Shown: in pieces, positions 31,401 to 40,568 of the stretch
Position numbering within the stretch: position 1 is the first letter of the stretch
How the letters are laid out: each line of letters opens with the position of its first letter
DNA from: a virus
DNA length: 64,000 bases
Direction: 5' to 3' (one strand)
IMG/VR virus record: IMGVR_UViG_3300025118_004802
Span: 1 to 64,000 of that record
Translations under genes and position numbers: made by a program
The notes under the pieces: model-generated
Seen by the model: only the letters and a program-made list of their open reading frames with translations
Databases searched by the model: none
What the model was told of the DNA's origin: nothing

Positions 31401-34400
31401 ACGAGTTTGTATGGTTCGAACTGGTGGTGCTACTATCCCCGGGGGGAAATTCTCCCTAACCTTCTCAATCATCGTCGACCACCCGACAAGAGACATCAAG
31501 GCGGAAAGACCACCGTTGGCCATGCTTGGTGGTAGCTGACCGGGTAAACCCATTTGAACAAAGGTATCACCGGCCGAGTTGCGCACTTCGTCCATCTTCG
31601 ACCACGCCAGCCACTTACGGATGTGCTCAGTAATCAGTTCCTGGTCGACTCCGGCTGCGGCGAGGGCGTTCCGGTCGGCGTCGGTGGGTGTGAGGCGGTC
31701 TGCAGGAGTTGCGGAGGCGTTGTCGTTTGTGACTGTAGTGTGACCTGCAGGCATAATAGGTGGCCACCAAGGGCCGCCAAAGCGGACGAACTCATTTGCC
31801 TTTTCTTCGATCCCATCTCGGTATAATTGAAACATCTGTTCAACCCAGGCATCATCCTCGTGTGTGAACATATAAACACGCTGAACATGGTTAGTCCAGG
31901 TTATTGGTACCCCGTCCTCCACCGGGCCATTAGGATCGTAATTAACAACAAGTTCTGGACTCGTTAAAGCTTTCAACAGCTGCGGGGCGCCGTGAGACCA
32001 GCGTGCATTAACATCGTGATAAAACGTATCGATGGCAACATTGTTGGCGTTTTCTATTACTGGTACTCTCTTCCAATCGACAACCGGTGGGGGTGCTCCG
32101 GGGGCTGCAGGTTCGCCCGGGGCAGGAGGGGGAGGGGTGCATTCGTCAATAAGGGGTGCAACTGCATCGTTATGGTTGCCGTCATTTGCTAACTGCTTAG
32201 CCAACTCGTCCATCAAGTCTTTAAGTTCGTCTCTTAACTGGTCGGCCGAGGTACCTCCGGAGCCAGGGCCTCCTGCTGCAGAGTTTTGCTGCTGCCACGC
32301 GTCGAAGAGTGTCCCGGGAGGAAGATCGCACAGGTCTTCAATCATTGCATCATCAATGTTCAATAGTGCATCACAAAAATCTGGGCTCACAAGTTGGCCG
32401 GCTGCCTTAAAGAACTGCGCTATCCTGTCGGTGTCCGTGAACGTATTTTTAAGAACCGGGACCTCATCAAAGGCTGCCTTGACTTTTCTTAATAACTCTA
32501 TCCCCGCAGTTCCTCCAATCAATTGGCACAACTCTGCACTACTAATTTGGCTGGTAATCTGGTCTAAAATATTCTCTAGTGCGGTAACAAGATCCGTTTC
32601 TCCGTCGAAGGCTCCCAACAATTCGTTTAGCGGCCCCATTAACGAAGCGGGTGTTTCTGTGTCGCCAAACAAATCATTCAGCAAGTTTCTTAAATCGTCT
32701 TTGGACAGAGGGATGGAAGGGTTATCAGAGGGAATAAAGTCTTCATCAAACGGCCACCCAACATTAACTGTCAACTTCAAATCATTACAAATTTTCGATA
32801 TCAAGCCGAGTATTTTCAAAGTGGCTTTCACCGCTATTTGCTCAAGCGCTGTCCACACAGCCTCTTCGGCTACGCGAGCAATCGCCTCAAACAAATTTAT
32901 TGTGGGGAACTTCTCAGGTAAGTCTAAGGTGGGAACAAGTCTTGGAAACTTGAAATCCGACAATGTAAATTCAGGATTAGTTAAAAACTCTATAATAGCA
33001 TCAAGTAATTCGCGCAGCACCTCGCATAATTCGTCAATCGTGAAGACATCGCTAAGTCGCTCAAAGTATTGTGCCGAATCTACGAAGGCGCCGGCGTGGT
33101 TCCGATAATCCTTTTGAGTATCTCTTAGACCTTGGATCTCTTGTGCAAGTTCTTTATTTGCCAATAGCAAGAGCCGACGGTCTTCTGGTGTCTGTTCAGG
33201 TGGTGGATTCTCAAGTAAATAAAGATTAAAATAGTAATCCTCTTCTTTGAAGCGAGCAAGCTGGTTAATCGTCTGGCCCACGCCAGTGTAGGTATTCATG
33301 TAGGAACTTACGACCTGGCCCCCAACACTAGACGCCCACTGTGTATATGGTACCAGGACTTTAGCACGGAACTCTTCAACGCCCAAGTGTTCTAAGACCA
33401 TCTGCAGTCTCGTCTCACATGTGAAGCCCAAGCCTACGATATTCATCAAACATTCGAGGATCTGCTTTGCAACCCATTCAAGACCGTAACGATTTAAAAA
33501 TACGTCGTAAGCGCCGCCAATCGAAGTTATGTGCTCAACAGTGCGATCCAAAAAAGTAAAAGTAGGATCACCTGGATTGTATTTGCGTTTCTTGGCACGT
33601 TCATATACTTGTGAACGTATGATCGGATCCTGGAGCATCTTATCTTCTCTCTGGAGTTCCTGAAAGCTTTTTATCCCTGGAGACTCCTCAGCTTCCATAA
33701 ATTCAATGAACTTCGGTCGAGGCACAATATATTGTTTGGCTATGGATACAAACCCTTTTTTATTACGCTGAGCATCTACGATACTCGACATGTTTGCCAA
33801 ATAAGAAACGTTCTTTGCTGAAGAAGCTGGGAGGTTGGCAAACCGTTCAAACCCTACAAATAGAGGCATCTCGCTGAAATCTTTATTGACTGCTGTAAGG
33901 CCCTTTAATAAGTATTTATCGTCATAGACTATTTTAAGTTGGATGGGAGGGGCAGAACCCACCTCATTCTCACGCATATAATTGCCAACGGCGCCGCCCA
34001 GTTTTGTATCGGATTTCTGGTTGACCTTTATAAATGCCTCAAAATTATCATATTCTTGAGAAAAGGAAAAGTCCTCTGGTTCGGTTATGTTCCCTTGAGC
34101 CTTCCAGCCCCGCAACTCCGCATCCAGTTCAGTCATGGTTTGTTTAAAGTTGGCCAAATTTTTCTGGAATATTGTTAACCATATATCTTGTTCCCAGAAA
34201 TAGTTGTAATAAGAGCCGTGCCCAAACAACGTTTCATATGCAAACTTGTCACGGATGTTCTTATCAATCATGTCTATATAAACACGGTGAATGGTAACCT
34301 TAAAGACCGCGCCACGAGGACCTGGCGCATAATCAGACACAACCGCTTTATTAGCTAGCGCATCAACAACGTCGAAATTCCCAATGCCTTGTTTGTCAAA

Positions 34401-35378
34401 ATATTGTAGTAATTTGTCAACCGCTGCCATCTTAATAAAATCAACGGGCGGCATCTGGGGAGGGTCGAGCCTCAGCTCCTCGTTGATGCCCTTAAATAAT
34501 AGTTCCTCATATGTTTCTGGGGTTACGTTTGGGCCCGGCTTGATGTCTACTGTGCCTCGTAAGTATGCATCAATGTTAATTGTGGCGGCTGCGGTAGCCA
34601 AACCCACCGAATCACTGAAATATGGTAAGGTCTGTTTGCCATCGGCGGTAATAGCTATGTTATAAGTATTGTAATCTGTATCTACCCACGGTTCGTAAAC
34701 GGGCGTGTTCCACCACTCAAAGGGTTTCTCGCTTAGCCGGGGTGTCCATTCTTTCTCTTTATATTGGGCTAGGCTTGTGCCCTGCACTGCCGCAATAGCG
34801 GCCGCAATCTGGCTACCTGATGCCGCAAGAATGGCGGTGGGTGTTGGGAACATAAACGCAGGTAATGCAGGGAGCGGATTACCACCAATAGATTCTGCTA
34901 CATCGATCTCACCATTCGCCAAGCGGGTATACACCTGCCCCTCAAAAGAACTTTCTGCTATAGCATACGTGTTTTCTAAAAAATTGATTGAGGCTTCTGG
35001 GTCGATAAGCAGTTTCTCTTCGATAAAGCCTCCTGAGCCGGTGATGGGCCCGTTTTGCTCCTGAAACCGGGTTTTCGCGGCGTTGAGCGTGTTCGTTGAT
35101 ACAAATTTGTAATACGTATGATTGCGCTCACCTGGCTTAAATCCTTGCTCCAGCAGAGCAGCGATGTTACCGCCTTTGTCAGCCGATCTAAGGGCGAGGG
35201 CGAGATCGGCGGCGGCGAAGTCTTCTTCAGTGGTGGCACTAGCATGGAGCCACTCGGCGTATGCATACGTGTCGGGCGCAGGAGAACCCGCTGCTTCCCA
35301 AGAAGCTTGTTCACTCCTAGTCCAGGTTTCGCCAGGGGCGCCTGGTTTTGGTAATAAATCGCCTAACTTTGTTGTCAT
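28434..35378 (-). CDS. Very large hypothetical virion protein (2314 aa); possible baseplate hub or injected protein
   Basis: Lies between the gp5-like spike and gp25 genes; largely helical and acidic, with a C-terminal hydrophobic stretch (VVFDTILAAVLAILQLAG). Confidence 0.5.
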   Translation of the reverse strand: MTTKLGDLLPKPGAPGETWTRSEQASWEAAGSPAPDTYAYAEWLHASATTEEDFAAADLALALRSADKGGNIAALLEQGFKPGERNHTYYKFVSTNTLNAAKTRFQEQNGPITGSGGFIEEKLLIDPEASINFLENTYAIAESSFEGQVYTRLANGEIDVAESIGGNPLPALPAFMFPTPTAILAASGSQIAAAIAAVQGTSLAQYKEKEWTPRLSEKPFEWWNTPVYEPWVDTDYNTYNIAITADGKQTLPYFSDSVGLATAAATINIDAYLRGTVDIKPGPNVTPETYEELLFKGINEELRLDPPQMPPVDFIKMAAVDKLLQYFDKQGIGNFDVVDALANKAVVSDYAPGPRGAVFKVTIHRVYIDMIDKNIRDKFAYETLFGHGSYYNYFWEQDIWLTIFQKNLANFKQTMTELDAELRGWKAQGNITEPEDFSFSQEYDNFEAFIKVNQKSDTKLGGAVGNYMRENEVGSAPPIQLKIVYDDKYLLKGLTAVNKDFSEMPLFVGFERFANLPASSAKNVSYLANMSSIVDAQRNKKGFVSIAKQYIVPRPKFIEFMEAEESPGIKSFQELQREDKMLQDPIIRSQVYERAKKRKYNPGDPTFTFLDRTVEHITSIGGAYDVFLNRYGLEWVAKQILECLMNIVGLGFTCETRLQMVLEHLGVEEFRAKVLVPYTQWASSVGGQVVSSYMNTYTGVGQTINQLARFKEEDYYFNLYLLENPPPEQTPEDRRLLLLANKELAQEIQGLRDTQKDYRNHAGAFVDSAQYFERLSDVFTIDELCEVLRELLDAIIEFLTNPEFTLSDFKFPRLVPTLDLPEKFPTINLFEAIARVAEEAVWTALEQIAVKATLKILGLISKICNDLKLTVNVGWPFDEDFIPSDNPSIPLSKDDLRNLLNDLFGDTETPASLMGPLNELLGAFDGETDLVTALENILDQITSQISSAELCQLIGGTAGIELLRKVKAAFDEVPVLKNTFTDTDRIAQFFKAAGQLVSPDFCDALLNIDDAMIEDLCDLPPGTLFDAWQQQNSAAGGPGSGGTSADQLRDELKDLMDELAKQLANDGNHNDAVAPLIDECTPPPPAPGEPAAPGAPPPVVDWKRVPVIENANNVAIDTFYHDVNARWSHGAPQLLKALTSPELVVNYDPNGPVEDGVPITWTNHVQRVYMFTHEDDAWVEQMFQLYRDGIEEKANEFVRFGGPWWPPIMPAGHTTVTNDNASATPADRLTPTDADRNALAAAGVDQELITEHIRKWLAWSKMDEVRNSAGDTFVQMGLPGQLPPSMANGGLSALMSLVGWSTMIEKVRENFPPGIVAPPVRTIQTRPGNAGPYTILDLASTFLSLVPGLDGSIIEFPSHLDYGSRLEGQTIIYTVTSPRAEGLVPIDKFRNLAAGNARFSLYEAVGYGVGEGIPYSSELQTNRTTLASTLDFKYPAKDFVNTLSNKAKDGFRPNAGLINPTISGLRINSSPHVSVLDLVDDANEYDAFQLKYERTVTAEQHRVDGQRQAFGVPGSLTAVEKYETVYQDYYKDPRASSLSKTLLFIDFLGDAIKRHIPTEVDPVATAQAGHGEEVGALYTRAVSGMMGNVFQNMIFSTNGAPNPFFASPAELSSLEVIPSSNQRVQRARGVVPVEVQAPDNSVSRVFVKMGSKEANEIAALPGYDGPDIGASAPRGDLLSLDTIKEKVKNDFLSSPFCEDPDDPFANKDLSQLETAAMAGVVYLILRVYTLEFLLKIAPVLVNFRISDMFKSNVVPLYIVQNLKSDISQDDVYYCEFKKGVDKIIGDMGKSGESFRDPVMDVEIDLSDAAAFEEKLVFLLKNQVLELEREYNYIIDSHKKARQRAHAGVIPPEWEGVHHKSIAESIVDFTQAGTSIHDVPPSYFYRPARFDDTYEPAVGTFYFERYMRVVDNENSEGLWGTALKVRRGGADSRRNSGRIVPPGASEGHFGNATRNQFFDFVGNADLQDVVNYNAWQDFMGGQGLALHGGPQGTTVGGYFNKLAYGVRLVYVARDDEDLSTIQSLFPDLQPTEHGQLTNAGTRSAIREKAFLVTEVGDPDLERLSRGQEGQNRLASSTFRRIVIPLASQEMEIPLDFEWTHEVRDVERYRHQLPNGDTLWETLQQQVIDGEDYKRLMEYIMAADRVFGTSFIFAESFVSNKYYKTDKAFKGLKAALRLLYLLMIDESPFGNKSGRCDSDWGISLTGIDWESLLDDMGFSAIDVVFDTILAAVLAILQLAGSMLDPFGLMKLILCPVIPTDGTFGGLGNRIKKEWDCPDFPSLPPWPEFDDNSCDPTSNKEIDEECKVEVPDYFSVE

Positions 35379-35379
35379 C

Positions 35380-36333
35380 TTAGTTTGTCTTGTTCATAGG
35401 GCTTAGAATGTACTTGGTACCAGAAGGGCTTAAGTAATTAGTTTTTACACTTTTAAACATGAGCTTATTTTTAACCAAATCTGGGATAGACTTTCCTACC
35501 TGATGCTTCATTTGGAGAATGCCCGCTACCGTTGTCATCGGCGTTGCTATCGATGGAGCGGCAAAGTAAGGACTAATATGTATGTGGTTTGCCACCGTCG
35601 CGTTAAACTCAACTTGAGAGCTTAAAAAGTGGCCCACCAACTCTCCCAACGAATCGATATCGGCCACGATCTTGTTCAGGGCTGCAACTAGATTATCACC
35701 TTTGACGAGTGGTTGCAGGAGTGGGACCCCATTTTTGTCCAAGCCATCTTCATACATTGAAATTAGTTCGATACCATGCCGGGCGCATTCGCCCGTTTGT
35801 GAATTTCTTTCTTCGGCTGTGGCTACTCCGGTTACCAACTTTATGCCTTCTCTGCCGATCACCCTGATTCCGTCGGCCTTAATGAGAACTGCTGAGCGTG
35901 TTTTTGCATTCCCGATTCCCCCATTCGGAAGCCTAAAGTATTCATCAATATCCGATTTTTCAGAGATGTATATACGGGCTGCGTCATCCATCGGAAGCGG
36001 ATCGACCGCTTTGTCGTTACCAACATTTTTGCACGCACCTCTTCCCACAACCAAATCAATGGCAGCACAATTGGTGTCGCCTTTGCCCCCGTATCCATGT
36101 TTTCTCGGACCCATATTATCTTTGGTTAAACAGATGTAAGATCCGTAATTATTCTTGAGGGGAGGCTTGTTTTCGCAATCTCTCTCAACATAAGTGGGGC
36201 TCGGACCGGCGGGGCCTGCTCCGCAAAACACATTTCTTTTATACCCCTCATCACCACACTCGGTTTGTTGTTTATTATGCTCCTTGATTGCGGCGTTTTT
36301 AGGGGGCTTGACAGCCTTTTCTTGGGTGCTCAT
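35380..36333 (-). CDS. Baseplate central spike protein (gp5 C-terminal/gpV-like)
   Basis: Beta-strand repeats (RSAVLIKADGIRVIGREGIKLV), LVKGDNL and an HxH motif (NHIH) typical of spike apices; position fits. Confidence 0.55.
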   Translation of the reverse strand: MSTQEKAVKPPKNAAIKEHNKQQTECGDEGYKRNVFCGAGPAGPSPTYVERDCENKPPLKNNYGSYICLTKDNMGPRKHGYGGKGDTNCAAIDLVVGRGACKNVGNDKAVDPLPMDDAARIYISEKSDIDEYFRLPNGGIGNAKTRSAVLIKADGIRVIGREGIKLVTGVATAEERNSQTGECARHGIELISMYEDGLDKNGVPLLQPLVKGDNLVAALNKIVADIDSLGELVGHFLSSQVEFNATVANHIHISPYFAAPSIATPMTTVAGILQMKHQVGKSIPDLVKNKLMFKSVKTNYLSPSGTKYILSPMNKTN

Positions 36334-37757
36334 AATATCTTACCTCCGGCGCCTTGTGGGCGAGGTGCAGCTGCATGCTTGCGCGCGTCTTGGTTACCGG
36401 CAGTACAAGCATCCTCAGGGGGGACTGTTTCATCGGCCACGGCGACGGCGCTTACTTCAGCAGCCGTAGGCACCATTAAATGAATAGGAAAGTCAAGAGG
36501 GCACGGCCTTGAAGTACAATTGGCGTGGCGCAACAGAGTGTAGCCTTCTTTTATCAACTGGGGGACTTTTTTCTTGCTTTTTTCACAGTCCCCTTCTTGG
36601 CTAAATCCACTTGGCCACCCTTGACGTGTAGTAGGGGGCCCGCAGCGAGGCGGCGCAACACTAGGCGCAATTGAAAATCTCTTGCAAAGATATGCCGTTA
36701 GCATTTTTGCAGACTTAATTTGTTTTTCGGGCCAACTATTCTCACGAACCCGGGGATTGTGACTCATATCTATTCCGATAGAAAGAGTATTATTGCCGCG
36801 GCCTGCATGGTAAGCTATAAACTCACTAGGATCTAGATATTCATACACAATCCCTTTGCGATCAATTTCATAGTGTGTTGAGACTTTTCTCTCATTCAAT
36901 ACCCTCACCGTTCCTTGCCAATTCGCGGGGGCGCCGGTCATGTGATAAACGATTGATTGTGGCAACGGGCGCTTTCGACGCTCAAGAAACTTATCCAACA
37001 ACCCGTATTTCTTGACGATAATGAGGTCGCCATGAGCCTCGACGCCAGGGGGTAACGGCGTATCTGTGGGAGGATGAGGGTTATCCCCAGTTGCGTCTTT
37101 CCCGGCACCTGAAGGCGTAGAACATTCAGTAACTTGCAGGGCTCTCGCGGAGCGTGATACAAGTGGGTTCATGATCACTTCACCATTCTTGTTTTTCACT
37201 ACGTCAAGTACGGTTCCGCCGCGAGAAGGAAACTTCTTATCGTAAAGGCTCACTTGTACAAAATTACCAGGACGGATAGTTTCAGAAAAACTATTGGGAA
37301 TCTCAAATACAGGAGCTACATTACACAACTTCTCGGCGGCTGCAAGGTTCTGATTGCATAAATCAGAGATTGTGGGTTGTGTTGTGGCTTGCACTGTTCG
37401 ATTCGGAAGCGGCAGCCCAATACACAGTTCTGGTATTATAGCATTAACAGTGTTAGGGGGCAGTTCCGGTGGGCCTTCCTCTGTACTTGATATAATTCCT
37501 TTACCTCCCACAGGACCACACGTATTGCCAGCTGTGTCCATAGTCGAATCGTTATAGCGCACAACATAAGCACTAAACGAATTGCCGGCTTTATCAATCA
37601 GGTTGGGATTAATCTCTTTTTGAACTAATTCTCGTAAATATGTGATTTCAGTGATGTTATCAGTATCAATGAGAACTAAATCAGGTGCCAGGTTAGGATT
37701 AGTCTGATAAAAGGGAAGATTATCCTTACCGGTTGAATTCCTGTTTCTCTGTCCCAT
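36330..37757 (-). CDS. Baseplate hub protein with a C-terminal N-acetylmuramoyl-L-alanine amidase (Amidase_2) domain
   Basis: Zn-amidase motifs IVYHMT, VSTHYEIDRKG, AYHAG..N..SIGID and LRH...CP. Confidence 0.7.
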   Translation of the reverse strand: MGQRNRNSTGKDNLPFYQTNPNLAPDLVLIDTDNITEITYLRELVQKEINPNLIDKAGNSFSAYVVRYNDSTMDTAGNTCGPVGGKGIISSTEEGPPELPPNTVNAIIPELCIGLPLPNRTVQATTQPTISDLCNQNLAAAEKLCNVAPVFEIPNSFSETIRPGNFVQVSLYDKKFPSRGGTVLDVVKNKNGEVIMNPLVSRSARALQVTECSTPSGAGKDATGDNPHPPTDTPLPPGVEAHGDLIIVKKYGLLDKFLERRKRPLPQSIVYHMTGAPANWQGTVRVLNERKVSTHYEIDRKGIVYEYLDPSEFIAYHAGRGNNTLSIGIDMSHNPRVRENSWPEKQIKSAKMLTAYLCKRFSIAPSVAPPRCGPPTTRQGWPSGFSQEGDCEKSKKKVPQLIKEGYTLLRHANCTSRPCPLDFPIHLMVPTAAEVSAVAVADETVPPEDACTAGNQDARKHAAAPRPQGAGGKIL

Positions 37758-38074
37758 CAGTCGCCCTCAGGCGAATCTTCATCTTCCCTAATAAGATCAA
37801 AGAGCGCATCCTTGTCTAAATCAGTAAAGCCTTGAACAACGCTATCTTTCTTATAAAGAAGGTTCGTAATCTTAACTAACTGTTCATTGGATCGTTGGAG
37901 GGTTTCAACATATTTAGATGCAATCATGCCGCAGTCTTTGTGAGCAGATGTATCCTTTTTCATATACATAATCAAATCAGCCAAAAGTGAATTGACGACA
38001 TTCCTGTCCCTTCTCACATTATCCACGGCCTCTTCTAGCCTGTCTTCTAGATCTAGATCTTTCCTGCGTCCCAT
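37757..38074 (-). CDS. Hypothetical helical phage protein
   Basis: 105-aa ORF coupled between the sigma and hub genes. Confidence 0.55.
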   Translation of the reverse strand: MGRRKDLDLEDRLEEAVDNVRRDRNVVNSLLADLIMYMKKDTSAHKDCGMIASKYVETLQRSNEQLVKITNLLYKKDSVVQGFTDLDKDALFDLIREDEDSPEGD

Positions 38075-38739
38075 TTCTTCTTGAATACTCGGTATTTTTC
38101 TCGCATCTTATTGAGATTGTTAACGACCTGTTTTGTGTTCAGGCCCGTCAATTCTCTCATATACAAGTAAATAGCCTTTTTATTAAAAATTTCAATATCA
38201 TCGGAGTTAGAAAGCAGTATTTTTACAGCCTCAAAAACCTTTCGTTCGTTTATTTTCATATTGGGACCGACATCCCAACCTTGAATCTCTTCCCACAGAT
38301 GTTCCCAAAATTCGTCTCTCTCGCGGTCAGCGGGGTACTCAATCGCGGCAGACAGATGAGTATGCTCTAGATTCTTTGATATGTCCTCGAAGTAAACTTC
38401 GCGCTTGTTTTGTTGTGCGGTCTTCTTTACCTTATGAATAAACCAATTTTTTGTAATAACACTAAAGTAAGAGAACGCCTTGGAGCCACGGTTTGGGTCG
38501 TACTTGTCCAGAATTGTTGTTAGCCATATTTTACACTCGTCACTTAGGCTTTCGATATTTGGTAAACTTGTAAATTTATAAGTATAAATAATCTTGTCCA
38601 CCATCTCACTAAAGGCGGGTTCGATATAGTGTATATAGAGCTCTGTGCGCACCTCTAAACTTTCTGTCGAGGCGTACCGAACAACTGCCTTTTCATGCTC
38701 CTCTGTAAAGTAGTACCTTTTAGTTCTCTTCTTCGGCAT
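38053..38739 (-). CDS. Phage RNA polymerase sigma factor (sigma70 region 2-like, gp55-like late sigma)
   Basis: LDKYDPNRGSKAFSYFSVITKN resembles sigma region 2.3; C-terminal HTH-like segment. Start moved to ATG 38739, which follows a GGAGG RBS. Confidence 0.7.
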   Translation of the reverse strand: MPKKRTKRYYFTEEHEKAVVRYASTESLEVRTELYIHYIEPAFSEMVDKIIYTYKFTSLPNIESLSDECKIWLTTILDKYDPNRGSKAFSYFSVITKNWFIHKVKKTAQQNKREVYFEDISKNLEHTHLSAAIEYPADRERDEFWEHLWEEIQGWDVGPNMKINERKVFEAVKILLSNSDDIEIFNKKAIYLYMRELTGLNTKQVVNNLNKMREKYRVFKKKWDAGKI

Positions 38740-39076
38740 CGGAGCCCTCCTCTTGATCGGTCCCATATTGATACCACTCCCACTCCGCAAACTCCTCCTC
38801 ATCTTCTATGTTAAAGACTCTGCAGAAATCTTCAATGTTCTCCTTAATTTCACGGCTATGTATTAGGAGTCTCTCTAGCGTAGGCTCACCGTAAAATGTT
38901 TCTGATTCGTATATCTTTTTAAGATGAGAGCCGTATGCAATAATATTATATCTTAAATTACCGATATTGGTATTTAAAAAACCATACTTTGTTAGCATCT
39001 GGTATAGATACCATAGCAAAAACGCGTTGGCTGTTGCACTCAAGGCTATAGCTATATATAAATAAATTTCATTCAT
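38720..39076 (-). CDS. Hypothetical protein with an N-terminal transmembrane helix
   Basis: Hydrophobic segment IYLYIAIALSATANAFLLWYLY; acidic C-terminus. Confidence 0.55.
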   Translation of the reverse strand: MNEIYLYIAIALSATANAFLLWYLYQMLTKYGFLNTNIGNLRYNIIAYGSHLKKIYESETFYGEPTLERLLIHSREIKENIEDFCRVFNIEDEEEFAEWEWYQYGTDQEEGSDAEEEN

Positions 39077-39344
39077 TGGGTTCAACCACATATTCCTGCG
39101 AGGTCATATCTCTCTTTTGTTCTTTCAGTTCGTCACGTGAGTCTTCAATGAAGCGCCTGACCCGAGTACCAGAGGTATCGTTTGTTTCTGGGCGGAAAAT
39201 CTTCGGGACGCTAAATATTTTAGTGATCGAGCCCTTTTCGGAGCACTTACTTATCTCACTGCACAACTGTGGCTTTTCACCAATTGGTAAGATTGCTTCG
39301 AGTATTTTCTCGCACTTAGTACACCTATAGTCGTACCGAGGCAT
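39069..39344 (-). CDS. FmdB-family zinc-ribbon protein
   Basis: MPRYDYRCTKC...C...C signature. Confidence 0.75.
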   Translation of the reverse strand: MPRYDYRCTKCEKILEAILPIGEKPQLCSEISKCSEKGSITKIFSVPKIFRPETNDTSGTRVRRFIEDSRDELKEQKRDMTSQEYVVEPNE

Positions 39345-39556
39345 TAATCCTCAATCGGTTCATCCGTAGCAGCTTCGTGTAAAGCGTCGTCGAATTCGTC
39401 ATCGAACTTTACCAAAGGCGGATTCGTGACAACAAGTCCTTCCTCAGAATTTGTGAAATCAAAGTCCTTCAGTGTAGGTACGATATCACTTTGCTCCATT
39501 AAAGACTTTTGCAACGCCATCATTACGGCGCCCATTGCTTGGTTAGATAGTTTCAT
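39344..39556 (-). CDS. Small hypothetical phage protein
   Basis: 70-aa ORF with an AAGGA RBS, coupled to the FmdB-family gene. Confidence 0.6.
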   Translation of the reverse strand: MKLSNQAMGAVMMALQKSLMEQSDIVPTLKDFDFTNSEEGLVVTNPPLVKFDDEFDDALHEAATDEPIED

Positions 39557-39568
39557 TATTTTTCCTTT

Positions 39569-40534
39569 TTACCATGTAAATGTTTTTTTATAGAACTTGA
39601 CAATCTGTTCTATTTGCTTGTCAAAATTGATCTCTGGCTTCCAGCCCAACTTGCGAAGCTTATCATCATTCAAGGCATACCGGACGTCTTGTCCTTTTCT
39701 AGAATACGAGAAGTCCACACAGTCCTCCCACATTAAAGGTTGAGATGGTTCATCTCTGTAGTAAGCCATAATGATCTTTTGAACTGTTTCAAGGTTGGTT
39801 TGTTCGAAGCCGCCGGCCACGTTGTAAATCTGATCGCTCTTGCCAGAATCAATTATAGCCAAAACAGCGCTAGCTGTGTCTCTAGCGTGTAACCAATTCC
39901 GGATCGGCTCACCGCTGTTGTGTAGTCTAATCTTCTTTGAGCGTCGCAAAAGTTTAACGGACAAAGGAATCAGCTTCTCTGGATATTGTCTTATACCGTA
40001 ATTGTTAGTGGGTCTCAGGATAACGTACTTTATACCGTAGGTCCGGGCCCAAGCCTTTATAAGTAGATCGGCCGACGCTTTTGACGCAGAATAGGGATTG
40101 CTAGGGTTTAACAAATCCTCCTCAACGTGTTCCCCTTCGGTGATATCACCATACACTTCATCAGTACTAAAATGGAAAAAGATGGGTGGTTGCTGGACGT
40201 TATTGGGCTTAACCTTTATTAAGTCTAACAAATTCTTAACGCCGTCTATATTGGATCTGATAAAATTTGTGCTATCTACGATACTGTTGCCAACATGAGT
40301 CTCAGCAGCAATATTGATGACATAATCACAATCAGGGATATGTTTGAGATCACATATATCTTTCTCTTTGAAAAAGAAATTGTCATACTTCTTCTTCATC
40401 TTGTCTATGAATTGGCGGCTGCCAGCATATGTAAAATTATCTACTCCATATACTTGCCAGCCACGCTTTAAGCATGCTTTCGTCACGTACGAGCCAATAA
40501 AGCCCGCACACCCTGTTATTACTACTAGCTTCAT
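39569..40534 (-). CDS. rfbB: dTDP-glucose 4,6-dehydratase (RmlB/RfbB-like)
   Basis: TGCAGFIG, AAETHV, STDEVYG, YSASK, NNYG.RQYPEKLIP and RNWLH. Confidence 0.85.
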   Translation of the reverse strand: MKLVVITGCAGFIGSYVTKACLKRGWQVYGVDNFTYAGSRQFIDKMKKKYDNFFFKEKDICDLKHIPDCDYVINIAAETHVGNSIVDSTNFIRSNIDGVKNLLDLIKVKPNNVQQPPIFFHFSTDEVYGDITEGEHVEEDLLNPSNPYSASKASADLLIKAWARTYGIKYVILRPTNNYGIRQYPEKLIPLSVKLLRRSKKIRLHNSGEPIRNWLHARDTASAVLAIIDSGKSDQIYNVAGGFEQTNLETVQKIIMAYYRDEPSQPLMWEDCVDFSYSRKGQDVRYALNDDKLRKLGWKPEINFDKQIEQIVKFYKKTFTW

Positions 40535-40568
40535 CTCTCTATTATACTGTTTTTTTTAAATTTGTTCA

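Noticed and set aside
32032-33108. 358-aa plus-strand ORF
   Set aside because: Entirely antisense to the 2314-aa gene, with Ser-rich shadow composition and no motif.
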